Source of the DNA: Schmidtea polychroa | Taxonomy: Eukaryota | Assembly: GCA_044892525.1 (NCBI GenBank) | Contig: CM097888.1 | Coordinates: 51,026,001-51,090,000 of the forward strand | DNA length: 64,000 nt | Reading direction: 5' to 3' | Part shown: piece by piece, positions 37,255 to 48,760 of the stretch | How positions within the stretch are numbered: position 1 is the first letter of the stretch | Layout: each line of letters starts with the position of its first letter | Translations under genes and position numbers: made by a program | The notes under the pieces: generated by a model | What the model saw: the letters and a program-made list of their open reading frames with translations, nothing else | Told to the model about the DNA's origin: nothing | The model's database searches: none

Positions 37255-38265
37255 TAATTTTTATTTATTGAATATCGTTTTCTGAGGACCCCTTCGTTTT
37301 CATATTAGTATATCTCTGTTCGTTTCAACGTTCTCTATCCTTATATACCAATTTCCCCTGGAAGACGTAATTTTGTTGTTTTTTTCAAATTTTTAATTAA
37401 TTTCGGATTTTTATATATTTTATCTTTTTAGTGATTTGCACTTTTAATATTTTGCACATTCAAACTTATCTTGAGCTATTTTATACGAACATTGACATAT
37501 TAAATGTCTTATTTAATGTCATACAGGACCCGATTAAATGGGTATCGAGGTATAACATTAAAATAACTACAAACGTACCAATAGTTATTATTTATGAAAT
37601 TAATTATGCAAATTAATTAAGCGTAAAATTTATGCGTGGAATAAATAAAATAAATATCGTAAACAAATTATTTTTCTTACAAATGTTCAATTTATTAAAA
37701 TCAACAAATATTAAAAAAAATTATTCCACAGATCTGGAGTGAAATTTGCATATTAAATATTTTTTTAATTCTAGGGTACCATTTTGAATGACTGTTGTGT
37801 CAGCACCTTTTGTGAATATTGTTCTCTGTGCCAGCTGAAGCGAGACATGAATTACGTTATGAATACGAAAGGATCTTTGTTCCGTTTATGAAACTGACCA
37901 ATAAATTTATGTTTGATTATTTATTAAAATTATCTTATAATTTCTTATTTTATTTTCTTTTGAAATATCATGAAATTAAACACTGTCCTGGAGCATATGG
38001 AAATTCTAGCTGAAAAGGTTAGGCATCGGGTCTGTTAATACATACGAACAGGTAAAATGCATGTAACTTACAATTTATAAAAGAACCATCAAGTTGCGAT
38101 TTGAGAACTTCAACACATAATAGTATTAAAATTGTAAAAAGTAGTAAAAATTGTTTAGTTAAAGCGCGGGGCCCAAGGCGATTGTTTGTTCGCCTTGGGC
38201 CTGGGCCACATACCTAAATCACATTTATTTACAAAGATTATAAGACTTTAAATGCTGAATTTTGG

Positions 38266-38511
38266 TTAATAGGGGACCTAAAAGGAATTCGAACATAGGC
38301 CTTCTATCAGCAGTCCGCGAACCCGCTCAAGTACTTGCCGATTATAGTGTACAAAGGTACGTTTGATATTTGCAAGTACTCACCCAAATGCTCACCTCAC
38401 AGTTCCAACGTTGATCACTCAACGGGTATCGAGCGTTACATGATTTTTGTATTCTCGGTTACACTGGAAGGAGCACGAAAATGTAAAATGTGGATTACCT
38501 GCAACCCACCA
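38266..38511 (+). other. Structured dispersed repeat, copy 1 (most degenerate)
   Basis: Homologous to 38810-39035(-) and 61408-61652(+); hairpins 38330-38380 and 38409-38424; ends AACCCACCA. Confidence 0.75.
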
Positions 38512-38809
38512 AAAAAATAATAATTATGTCGTTATTATTTTTCTTGTAGTTATTAACAATATAAAATCTACATTACATGAAAAAAATATATTAACTTTTA
38601 CATTTTTAAATGCTATTAAATCTTCACATCGTCTTTCGATTTGTGGTTTTCTCAATAATTCTTGAATCTCGTACTAAAGACGGAGATATTGAAAATATCA
38701 CTTAAAAGTTTATTGCATCTAGTTGATTTAGCTGACAGTGAAAGACAGAAAAACACAAAAGCTGACGGGACTCGATTAAAGGTTTACATTATTAATACGG
38801 TCAATATTA

Positions 38810-39035
38810 TGGTGGGTTACAGGTAGTCAGCGTAACCCAGAATACAATGATGATCCTACCAATTGATACCCGTTGAGTGATCATCGTTGGTAATGTATTA
38901 ACTGGGTGGTACTAGCAAAAGGTGAGCGCGTTATCGCACTATAATTGTCGGGTACTCTTTGAGTCCACGGACTATCAATAGAAGATATACGTCCGATTTC
39001 ACTCTGGTCCCTTAACTCTATTGTTTCCCCAAATT
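38810..39035 (-). other. Structured dispersed repeat, copy 2
   Basis: Reverse complement aligns with copy 3 over ~230 nt; ends GGGTTAC-loop-GTAACCC-A-CCA. Confidence 0.8.
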
Positions 39036-39392
39036 TCATAACTCTTCCATTCAATCTCATCAAACTAACCTGCATCATACTAACGTCAAAGTACTACAAT
39101 TTTATTTACAAATTCATTACATCATTCATTTATTGTTTACCAAGCAGTTTGAGTTGTGACGATCCTGATTCATTCAGCCAACCGAAGTCGTTTTAACCGC
39201 TCCCTTCCGTCTCGCCCTAGCCGTTTGCGCTTGGTCTTGATGGTTTTGGCCGTGTGGATTTCGGTCAGCTCCGTTTTGATTATTCTTTTTATTAAGTTTG
39301 TTGCGTGTTTTTTTTCGCTCCATGCTATTTAGGCTACATGTATAGCCAATATGGAGAATGTTGCTGTACCACATGTGTAGTTCCATGTGCTT

Positions 39393-39746
39393 CTATGGCA
39401 TTAAGAATTCAACTATCGTTTTCTGGTTCAGGCGTGTTTCCATTGCTTGCATTTTTATTTTAAGCGCGCGGATTTCGGTTTTGTCCTGAGCGCTTTGAAG
39501 TTGCAATTGCTCCATTTGCTTCATACGCTTATACATGACTTCGGGACGAAACCAAGTCCGTCCCATCTCTCGGAATCGCTCTTTGAACTTAGCAATACTG
39601 GCTTGAAGACTCTCGACTTGTCGTTGGGCCTGTTCTTTGTCTTTTCTGAGGTTCTCGAATAGCTTGTACACTAAATTATAAACATGATTAATTGAGTTTC
39701 TTACATACTCTTCTTCTTCTCCGCCTGCGAGCATCATCAAACTCAA
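39393..39746 (-). CDS. Coiled-coil ORF of unknown origin, upstream of structured repeat copy 2
   Basis: 117-aa open frame with relatively high GC and a heptad-like E/K/Q pattern; no family recognised. Confidence 0.35.
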   Translation of the reverse strand: MSLMMLAGGEEEEYVRNSINHVYNLVYKLFENLRKDKEQAQRQVESLQASIAKFKERFREMGRTWFRPEVMYKRMKQMEQLQLQSAQDKTEIRALKIKMQAMETRLNQKTIVEFLMP

Positions 39747-40434
39747 GTTTCTACAGATATAGCATGAATATTAAGCCCTTGTGCGTATTCTAAATCCCTG
39801 TATTCAAGTTCTAATTTAAAGAAAAGAAAGTTAATATGAAGTTTTATTACAATTTTATTTATTGCTAAAGGAAATATTACAAATTACGAGATCACTATAT
39901 TATAATTAAGAATGTGAATCACAAATTATTCATCATACATACAGACAAGAGAGTAAATTCACTAATTATCATTATTATTGTTGTCATCACAAAATCACGA
40001 GTTTGCTTTTAACTTCGTGGAGTCGTCTTTCGGGGTCTGCCGCGTCTTTATTATGATGATAAAAGATTTGTTTTATCTGATGGTATTAGAACACTTCCGT
40101 TTGGAAATTACTTGGTTCCATTTATAACCAACTTACGCAAATTTAATAAGAAATATAGAACCAACATGACAGATGTTGAAATGATTAAAGTTAACCTCGG
40201 ATGTCGTCATGATGAAATTTGACGATATAAAATGTCAACTATAAACTTAGATACTTCAATGATTATCAAAATGATAAACACCTTTGATAAACTTATGAAT
40301 AGAATAAATAAACTAGAAAAGATAATTAAATTTTCTCTTGTGCTTCCAATCTCCTCTTTATATTTTTATGTTTTACCTCGGTGGAATTAGTTGTCAATTT
40401 AATATTATATTTCATATCCATTAAATATTCATAA

Positions 40435-40800
40435 TTAACAATTTAACCATTTCTCTCGATCATCTTTTTTCGAATATCCTCGGGTTATTTGATTTGCACT
40501 CTTCAACTTGATAATTTGATCTTTTATCTCTTGAATTATTTGATTGGATTTTAAAATGTCATCATTCGTCAAGACTCCATCTTCCATGGCTTTTAAATGA
40601 AATAAAAATAATTTTGCTATTCCTACATCTATTGATGAACATACTTCACGATATAAACTCTTCTCTTTTGCAGTGTATGATACAAACACAACTTCAGTCA
40701 AGAATAAATCTCCTGCTGAAATACTCCCAAGAATTATTGGTACAAGTGTTAAAACTGGTAAAGTTGCAGGTAATATAATTGTTACTGTTGTTGCAAAACC
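40435..40800 (-). pseudogene. Polinton-type membrane protein fragment
   Basis: Hydrophobic TIILPATFPVLTLVPIILGSISAG followed by KAMEDGVLTNDDI; 5' end disrupted by an 81-bp tandem duplication (40788-40946). Confidence 0.45.
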
Positions 40801-41191
40801 TAGCGATCTTTAAACAAGTATCAGCTCTATTCCATCTACTTTTAATTTTTTTATAATGTTTTAGTATATTGTTGCAAAACCTAGCGATCTTTAAACAAGT
40901 ATCAGCTCTATTCCATCTACTTTTAATTTTTTTATAATGTTTTAGTAAATCTTCTAAATAAAGTTTTCCAGATTTGAATTCTTTTACTTGTTTACAGGGA
41001 GAGGTGCTTTTGAATTACAAGGGACTTGTGATTCAAAAGGTGTTGTGTATGATATCCTGATGATCTCAATTCTGGGTAAATTTTATCTCAATTCAAAATT
41101 TCATTTTGATTCAAGATTTTATCTTCTTGGACCTCCATTTTATATATTTTAATTTCCGTTTCAAAGAATCAAGATTTATTAAAAACAAGTT

Positions 41192-41554
41192 TTAAAACAA
41201 GACTTTACTGTGTGGTATCAACACTCGTATATCACATGGCCTTGGTGTGAGCACATCTTTATACAACTCGGACAACAATTTACGAACCTCTTTAGCATCA
41301 ATCTTTTTATCATAAAATATTAAATCTATATAATGTACTAGTGAAATAGCAAAATTAATATTCTTACTTTTGACTTTATATGTTTTATGCGATTCAGTAT
41401 TATCATGCCAATACCCATGTGACAAATCATAACTAGTCATTATAACATCATCCTTTTTAAGCTTAATATTATTATCACATTTCACGAACCATTTCATTGT
41501 TTGATCATCATCAGTAAATAAAAAGAAATATGGATCAATAATTTTTAAAATCAT
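41192..41554 (-). CDS. Hypothetical Polinton protein
   Basis: 120-aa ORF inside the element; family not recognised. Confidence 0.4.
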   Translation of the reverse strand: MILKIIDPYFFLFTDDDQTMKWFVKCDNNIKLKKDDVIMTSYDLSHGYWHDNTESHKTYKVKSKNINFAISLVHYIDLIFYDKKIDAKEVRKLLSELYKDVLTPRPCDIRVLIPHSKVLF

Positions 41555-41827
41555 AAAACAAGACCATTCTTTACTATTTGTTGTTATTGAAATTGGCTCT
41601 GTTAAATATTTATATGTATTAGGTAATGATGCATGATTCTCTTGTAATTCAGCAGCTCTTTTTCTAATGATGTGTGTAGGGTGAGACTCTAAATTTGAAA
41701 GTCTTTTATTAGATGATCTATTTATCTCATTTATTGTGTTATATATTGCATTAAATTTAGTATTCGTAATTTGTTTATCTGTAGAATTTAATATGGAAGC
41801 ATTTAACTTTACAACTTGTTCAGTTAA

Positions 41828-42223
41828 CTAACTTTGTAACTTAATAAATTTATCATTAAATCGCTGTTCAATATTATTAAGCTTGGATTCCATCAAAGAA
41901 TTAATATTATTAAGCTTGGATTCCATCAAAGAATTAACTTTGGATTCTATCAAGGCATTAACCGTGGTTCCCATTGAATCAAATTTTGTTGTTAATAAAC
42001 TTTCAATTCTTGTTGTTAAATCAGTATATTTTTTATTAACTGCATCACCTTCATTAATTGACCAAGATAATTCTTTTATCTTGTGTCCATTCATGTCTAA
42101 ATCACTCTTCATAGAATCACCCTTTTCATTAATATATTTATTTTCTGTAATGGATATAATATCTTCGGTATCTAAACCAGCTTTAATTGTCCTGGCGATA
42201 TTGCAAGGAGTATAAGAACTCAT
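41828..42223 (-). CDS. Tail-fibre-like repeat protein
   Basis: GDSMKSDLDMNGHKIKEL...DAVNKKY motif; internal 30-bp repeat LMESKLNNI occurs twice. Confidence 0.6.
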   Translation of the reverse strand: MSSYTPCNIARTIKAGLDTEDIISITENKYINEKGDSMKSDLDMNGHKIKELSWSINEGDAVNKKYTDLTTRIESLLTTKFDSMGTTVNALIESKVNSLMESKLNNINSLMESKLNNIEQRFNDKFIKLQS

Positions 42224-42243
42224 TTTATAGTAATAATTTTCAT

Positions 42244-42498
42244 TTACACTTGTTTCAAATGTAAATACATGGAAATCTCTTCACCATTAAAATTAATCAA
42301 TTCACCATCCCCACCAACAATTTTAAAATTAATATTATATAAATATTTTCTACACAAGGGTAAATAATTTGGAGGATTCATCCTTTTAGAATTTAAATTT
42401 ATAGGGTTATCAAAATATATAGTAAAATCAGACTTGGTAGAAATAAGTGATAAAGTTATGGAATATTTTGAAGACATTATATTCTCCATTTTTTTCAA
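42244..42498 (-). pseudogene. Minor capsid (penton) with its middle deleted
   Basis: N-terminal ISTKSDFTIYFDNPINL is joined directly to C-terminal YLPL...INFKIVGGDGELINFNGEEISMYLHLK. Confidence 0.7.
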
Positions 42499-42588
42499 AC
42501 TTTACTCTATTTTTACTAATAAAAAATTATAAAAGTTTTTATTGTAATAAAATTATTTTAACAAAGTTTCCAGATTATTTTAGATTTC

Positions 42589-43019
42589 TTAGATTATACT
42601 TGTTAACTCTTGTTTTATGAGCGTTGTATCAACAAGATTTAATTTATACAAAACATATAAACACAAAACTCCACATATTTTAGTGTTGTCAGGTTGAAGC
42701 TGTAGAGTATTATAAATATATTCTTGTTTTGTTGGTGTTGTATCAAAATCAAGAAAACCTTCTCCCAAATATTCTTCAACTTCTTTTGTAGGTTTAATTC
42801 CATGTGAATCGAAATAAAGAACTCTATTATAAACTCCAACCCAATGAGATTCTTTTTCATTAGAGTTTTGATAATTGATTATTATATTATTTTTCTTAGT
42901 TTTTCCAATTTTGTGCAATTCATCATTCATTAATAATTTGCATAGTCTTTTAAATCAAAATTTGTTTTTGTATCAACTCCAAATGTTTTTAAAAAATTCA
43001 ATATTGAATACTCGCTCAT
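42589..43019 (-). pseudogene. Adenain-like cysteine protease
   Basis: TNFDLKDYA at the N-terminus; catalytic SHWV, YFDSHG and QLQPDNTKICGVLCLY; frameshift near 42930. Confidence 0.88.
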
Positions 43020-43021
43020 TT

Positions 43022-43902
43022 TTAAAGTGTATATTTATTAAATTTATTAAATTTATTTATTATATTTATTAAATTTATTTGTGGAATTAATTTATGTTTT
43101 AATAATTTTTTAGATATCTTTAAAATATCACCATTCAAGTTATTATGACCTGCTTTCTTTGCTGCTAATAATTTTCTTAGTTGGATAAAAAGATTAATAA
43201 AATTTGTTTTGTTAATAAAAGTTCCTTTTGCCTTCTTTAACAGTATACCCCATTTCATTTTGATTTAAATAACCCTTTAAACCCTGTATATAATTTGATT
43301 TTGAACTACCTCCTACTAATTTTATTAAATCTAAATATTTTTTAATTTCATTTTTATCATCTGATGAATGTCCTCTAATTAATTTATCCAAATCTTTTGT
43401 GTATTCTATATTTAAACGTTGATTGTTGAAACTATTTTCAGAATGAATATATAGTTCACCATTATTATTTTCATACAACACAAATTTTTTATTAGTAATT
43501 GTTATAATTTGAAATCCTTTATCATTCATAGAAAAAATAGGATTAATTGTTTTAGTCAATTTTCCATTAATTCTTGTATCTACCTTGTATGGTTTTATAT
43601 TTATCCCCAAATCTTCAGGTTCCAAATCCCAAGATTCTAAATCTCTATATTCTAAATCTTTAGGTGATTCTAATTCTTTGGGTTTTAAATATCTGGGTTC
43701 TAATTCTTTAGGTTTTAATTCTTCTCCCTCTAAACAAGTTTAGAGGGAGAGCTTTCAAAGCATCAAGAGTTGGTTGTTGTTGTTGTGTCATTAATTCATT
43801 TAAAATTATAGATTCACTATGTTGATCTAAATCTTTTTTGTTATACTTGTCTTGTTCAACATGTAATTTTTTTAACAATGCCAATCTTTCTTCATTAACC
43901 AT
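43022..43902 (-). CDS. Hypothetical Polinton ORFs (43708-43902, 43212-~43730, 43022-43258)
   Basis: Open frames inside the element, with LEP/KEL peptide repeats at 43610-43725; no family recognised. Confidence 0.45.
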
Positions 43903-44071
43903 TTTTATACCATTTTATGGTATACCATTTTTTATACCATTTTATGGTACATGTTCCTTTATTAGTAAAGAAACTTTACTTATAAAGTTCTTTCCAAGGT
44001 TTCAAATATAAACCTTTACCATCTTTTGATTTACAAATACAACCATTTTTCAAAGACTTGCATATTTTTTT

Positions 44072-44512
44072 TTAACTATCTTTATCTTTTGTAGATAATT
44101 CAGATGATGAAATTTGATTTTTGAGAAAATCATTTAAACCTCTACTTTTGTAAGGATCAAGGTATAAACCTGTTCCAAGCTTGGAACCTTTTATTAAATC
44201 AATTTCATTTTGTAATTTTTGTTTTTCTAATTCAGTTTTTTGAGCTTCTTTAGATTTTTGAACTGTAGTTGCAATCCCTCCAGCAATTCCAGCAGCACCA
44301 GATAAGCCTGCAATGATTATAGGTATTAAAGCAGCCAAAGGTAAAATACCACCTTATCTAATTTTCTCTTGAACTTTTTCCTTGACATGTTTTCCAACAA
44401 AATATTTCTTGCCATCAATTACTACTGATTTACTTTTGTTTGAATTGATTAATTCTTTCACAGATTCTTCATTTGAATTAGTTAATTTAAATGGAGATTC
44501 TTCAGTCGTCAT
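44072..44512 (-). pseudogene. Conserved Polinton/adintovirus virion-core-type protein with an amphipathic Gly/Ala segment
   Basis: GGILPLAALIPIIIAGLSGAAGIAGGIAT...GTGLYLDPYK; premature TAA just before the GG. Confidence 0.65.
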
Positions 44513-44527
44513 TTTTTTTAAAATAAA

Positions 44528-45308
44528 ATGGATATTTTAAATCAAAATAAAATTATGAATCAAAATAATATTTGGTATCCAATTTTAACGCGATATAAAA
44601 GTAAATTTAATAATAAAATTTTTCCAGATAATTTTAGATTATTAATTGTTGGATCTTCAGGATGTGGAAAGAATGTACTTCTTTTGAAAATGTTACTTGA
44701 AGATGGTTTTTTAGATTATAATAATTTAATATTTTATTCTACAACTATAAATCAACTTGTGAAATGTGGATTTGAAAATTAATTAACTAAAAAAGGAATC
44801 ATTGATATTTTTAAAAATCAACATAGAGTCCTGATGAAGTACATCAACCATGTGATATGGTTGATTGGTATAGGGAAGAGATTTTAGAATCAAACATTCC
44901 TAATAAAAATGATTATATTAGTGATGAATCAATACAAATTTTATTCTTCAACAAACCTGAAGATGTATTACATTGTGATTTTCTTTCCAAAAATAAGAAG
45001 AATCTAGTTATATTTGATGATGTTGTAAATATGAAAAATCAAGAAATTCAGAAAAGTTGTAATGTGATAATAATAATTGTAATGTGATTTACAATTCTCA
45101 AACTTATTATGCCTTGGATAAAAATTCAATTAGAAACAACTCCAATTGTTTCATCTTTTTTAAATTAGATAATCGTGACAAGAATATGATTTATAGTGAT
45201 TTATTTTCAAATGTTGAACGTGACAAGAATAGGTTTGATATGATTGTTGACAATCATTGGAAAAAAAATATAAATATATTTATTTGGATAGAGAAAAGGA
45301 TGAGTTAA
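44528..45308 (+). pseudogene. A32/FtsK-like packaging ATPase (frameshifted)
   Basis: Walker A LIVGSSGCGK, Walker B LVIFDD, and IRNNSNCFIFFK. Confidence 0.88.
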
Positions 45309-45357
45309 AGAAAACCTTGTTTTAATAAAACCCTGTAAATATTAAAAACTTGTTTTG

Positions 45358-46200
45358 TTAAAAACTTGATTTCTGTAATTCATTATTATAAAATCTACCC
45401 AATATTTCTTCATTATTTATATCGATGATACTATATGTAATTGGAACTGTATGATGTATTTTATTTATAATAAAAATTTCATTTGTCCATTTCGCTGTGA
45501 ATCCTTTTTCAAATTTATTTTTATATTTAAATATTCTTACTCTATCACCAATTTTAAGTTTAGATTGAGAGAATTTCTCTTGATCTAAACTTGGTTTTAC
45601 AAACTCTTGTTTTAGAGCCAAAACTTATTTTGGATCTAAAACGGGGTTTGTGGAAGCATTTAAAGGTGTTTCTTTAATAGAGCTATGTACATCATTATTA
45701 TTTTCATTTACCATCTTTTGCAATAATTCATTGTTCCATTTTTGTTTTCCAATAGCAGTAAAATATTTCCACATTTTATTTTTTAACGTTCTATTTAATC
45801 TTTCAACTACGACTGCTTTTCCTTCATTTTCTGTGTAATATAATTTAATATCATTTTCTTGCAAAGATTTTGTAAAAACTTTGTTATAAAATTCTGTTCC
45901 TTTATCACACCATAAATATTTTGGAATTCTTTGATATTCTTCAAATATATTTTCAAATGCTTCTGTAATAGAATATCCTGTTTTATTTTCTAAACATCTT
46001 GCAAAAGCAAATCTTGTATATAAATTTATTACAGTTAAAATTATTTTATATTTTTCGGGGTCTGATGATTTGGTTGGCATAAAGACTAAATCAGCAGAGC
46101 AAGTATGATCTTTTTCATAAACTTGAACTTTTAGATATTTTTTATTTTTTCTAAATTCATGGTGTAATTCTTCAGCATATTTTATTAGTGATTCTGTTAG
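45358..46200 (-). pseudogene. Retroviral-like (rve) integrase of Polinton type
   Basis: YAEELHHEFRK...SADLVFM, LWCDKGTEFYN, KAVVVERLNRTLK and IGDRVRI...FEKGFTAKWTNEIF. Confidence 0.9.
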
Positions 46201-46202
46201 GA

Positions 46203-46740
46203 TTAATAAACTTTTATTAGTAAAACTTGTTTTACTAATAAAAAAGTCAGTCTTGGATGCATTCTCGAGGTGTTTTCAGTGTCTGCTTGTTCAATAATCT
46301 TTTTATTAGCAACATCTTTTGCCATCCTTGATAAACTAGCACCTATAGCGATCATGGGAGTCGGATTGTGTCCTGCATCCATGAAAATTTTACCCTTCAT
46401 TGCTAATTTAACTAGAGCTCTTTGAATCTTTTCTTGAGTTGATGGATTTTGTATATTATTTAAATCATGAATTAAATTAACATCAGCAACATGTCTATCT
46501 CTAAGAGTTTTTGAATTGTAAGCAATGTCATGTTTTAAAGCAGCTCTGTCAATTCTATTTATTGGTTCCTCTCCTTGTTTAGGATTGTCATTTTCATCAA
46601 GTCTAATATCTAATCGTGTTCCAGGTCCAGTATAGTTGTGTTTAAATAAATGTCTTTCACCTGGGTATTTTTCAGTAGTAAAGGGTTTCAATAATGTTGA
46701 TGTTAATTTTGAAGATTGTAAATCACCACCAATTTGTTTT
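46203..46740 (-). pseudogene. Parvovirus-type phospholipase A2 (PLA2X-like) domain, probably originally fused to the integrase
   Basis: NYTGPGTRL...PINRIDRAALKHDIAY...RHVAD. Confidence 0.85.
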
Positions 46741-46883
46741 TCTCAAAAGCAAATCTACTTAAAGGATCAAGATCTAACCATGGAATATTTTTTGATGATG
46801 AAATTATTTCACCTTCAAAATTATCTGATAGAATATTATTAATATTATTTAATTGAGTTAAATTCTCTCTCTCTAAAACAAGT

Positions 46884-46988
46884 TTAGATCGAGAGAGGTG
46901 TTATTTTATTTTTAAGATGACTGGCTTTATGGTGTGTTGTAACATCACAACAACAAGTTTCACATCTCCAACAACGTTTAGTAGTCAT
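46884..46988 (-). CDS. 34-aa Cys/His-rich micro-ORF (zinc-finger-like)
   Basis: MTTKRCWRCETCCCDVTTHHKASHLKNKITPLSI*; A-rich start context, and its stop overlaps a hairpin. Confidence 0.5.
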   Translation of the reverse strand: MTTKRCWRCETCCCDVTTHHKASHLKNKITPLSI

Positions 46989-47057
46989 TTTTAAAAAGTT
47001 AAAATTTAATTATAATAATTTTAGTTTTATTACTAAAACAAGTTTTAGTAATAAAAG

Positions 47058-48294
47058 TTAATCTCCTCTAACATTCTCAATTATTGAAATCTTTCTACCA
47101 TATAACTTCATTTCTAATGTATATATTTTTGCTTTAAAATTAGAATCCTTTGTCAACATTATTTATAGCTAATCTATCATCTTGATCTGAAACATTTATA
47201 CAGAATATAGAATATAAATTTTTAAAATCTTCTAAACTTAATTGTGGTTTTATTTTGAAGTCTTGGCATGTTTGAATATAATTTTCATATGGGAATATAT
47301 TTTCATTGTTTTGTGGATTCCATTCTATTTACTGGATAATAAGAATTATTCAATTGAATTTGAATTGATTTTATATTATCATCTCCAATCTTTTGAATAA
47401 ACAAGTTATATTTTTGAAAGGATGGATTTAATTCTTTGAATCCAATTAAAATATATCTTGGACGATCTGCTAAATTTATAGAGTATGATGAACCTTTTCT
47501 CATGTCAAATACACTACAAATTCTATTTAAATAATTAACATTTATAGACTTGTTGGAGTTTAATCTTTCAAGGAGTTTAATTTCAGCATGCGGCCTTAAT
47601 GTCCATTCGGGTATATGTATTTCAATTGTTGTTAATTTTAATTTGGCTTTTGTATCTGCAGCTAAATAGAATAATACTTTATCATCTTCTATTCTATTAC
47701 AAAGTAATTTTATAAAAACATTATGAAGTATACGATTATAGTTTTGAAGGAAACCAAATAAATATTTTAATTCGAAATAACCCTCAAATTTTTTAGACTT
47801 GTAAAGTTTAACACGTTTATAATAACCATAATTTGTATCTAAACCATCTTTATCTGTATCACCTTTGTTAACATCGGGGATCAAACCTGTTTTATAATCA
47901 AAACCAGTCAAAACAAAATTTAACATTGAATTGATATATTTTCAATTTCTGATGATCCTAATTTTAATCTCATGCTGTTGAATAAATTTGGAAAGAAATT
48001 ATTTTCTAGGGTAATAACTTTATTTGGTTCAATCTCTAATTCAATTTTGTAATATAATTTTTCATTACAAATATCTATAAGGTTTGATGTTTGAAGAGAT
48101 TGAAAATCTATATCACCTGAACGATTTAAATTTGAAATGAAACCAGAAGTTGGACAAATTTTAAGTACATCATTTTTCTTGATTTCATGAATAAACTGTT
48201 TATCATAATCAAGATTTAATTTATTTTTTTCTGAAATCTCGAGATTTATATTGTTCATTTTTATAATAAAAATTTCAATTTTTATATTTTTCAA
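47058..48294 (-). pseudogene. Polinton major capsid protein (frameshifted)
   Basis: ENNFFPNLFNSMRLKLGSSEIE, LKYLFGFLQNYNRIL and a C-terminal piece PQLSLEDFKNLYSIFCINVSDQ; final stop at 47058-47060. Confidence 0.85.
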
Positions 48295-48379
48295 TTTTTA
48301 TTTTTTTATATTTTTACTATTCATAATGCGACCCTCTAATTTTTATAAATTTTAGATGTATGTAGTATTTACAATATTT

Positions 48380-48760
48380 ATTAAAATCTTGAGTGTTAAT
48401 CCTCGGGTGTCTATATTTAAAGTATATTAAATTATTATTAAAAACATGAGTCTTAATTCTTGTGTGTCTATGTTTGAAGTATATTAAATTATTATTATTA
48501 TTAAAATTTCGGGTGTCTATATTTAGAGTGTATTGAATTTTGATGAAAACGTGGAAGTTTAAATTATTATTTCAAGTAGTGGTGAAACTAGTCGCCTTGC
48601 CCACCCCTTCCCTATTATGCCAGATCTGTATTTTAATAATTTTGTAAGATCTAAAAATCTCGGGTGTCTATGTTTAGAATATATTGAATTTATAAAATCT
48701 CGGGTGTCTGATTTAGTGTATATTAAATTTTGAGAAATATTGAAATTTTAAATAACACGT
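48380..48760. repeat. Subterminal tandem repeats
   Basis: About five to six imperfect copies of CTCGGGTGTCTAT.TTTA.A.TATATT.AATT. Confidence 0.75.

Noticed and set aside
37740-38060. Gene with 15-21-nt introns
   Set aside because: The GT-AG pairs are compatible with chance, verified introns here are at least 44 nt, and there is no recognisable product.
35720-39420. TAG conserved in two copies (35835 and 39393) followed by an open frame, suggesting readthrough
   Set aside because: The few substitutions do not favour that frame, and the 35.8-kb copy is a short fragment; simple duplication explains it.
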